Of a stretch of 64,000 bases of DNA, positions 63,862 through 64,000 are shown one piece after another. Each line of letters starts with the position of its first letter. Position 1 is the first letter of the stretch. This DNA comes from Chrysomallon squamiferum. Lineage: Eukaryota > Animalia > Mollusca. Made by a program: the position numbers and the translations under genes. The notes under the pieces are model-generated. The model was not told where the DNA came from. It was given only the letters and a program-made list of their open reading frames with translations, and did not search any database. The stretch spans positions 12,834,001 to 12,898,000 of the forward strand of contig CM022676.1 of assembly GCA_012295275.1 (NCBI GenBank). The letters are read 5' to 3'.

Positions 63862-64000
63862 TGACACAGAGTGAGATAAATGCAAGTTTATATTAGAATC
63901 GACAATAGCAACAACACCATCAAGCAGTAAGTAACACAATCACATTGTTAGCCCTAACCTTGTGCTAATCATTCATGTAACCTCAGTTCCGCTTCCACTG

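Overview
AT-rich, intron-containing eukaryotic DNA. The Ig motifs (C-x3-C-x-P-x-C-x-Y/F-x-W), the repeats and the CpG-depleted gene bodies suggest an invertebrate, probably a mollusc; this is an inference. Splicing exons by hand gives a cluster of four related membrane-protein genes. Gene A (minus, 10822-26798 plus an unresolved leader): 7 Ig domains, FN3, TM and a ~270-aa tail on 10 further, mostly short exons with three duplicated NxLY exons, YxN sites and a terminal tandem ITIM pair; it has a +1 homopolymer frameshift in Ig4. Gene B (minus, 133-2535, runs off the window): a recent paralog of A with a strongly diverged N-terminal V-like domain and a nearly identical second domain. Gene C (plus, ~3393-5846, head-to-head with B): a ~115-aa TM protein with almost no ectodomain, an Asp in the TM and a canonical ITAM. 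Gene D (plus, 55313-63433): a 2-Ig TM protein without ITIM/ITAM. Together these resemble an invertebrate paired inhibitory/activating receptor or allorecognition-type complex. The rest is mostly transposon-derived: a young full-length but disabled Ty3/Gypsy element (47952-52846), two older Gypsy relics, an Academ-like TIR element, a hAT relic, four Tigger deletion derivatives, MITE-like repeats, an L2/CR1 fragment and microsatellites. All gene models are manual predictions without transcript evidence.
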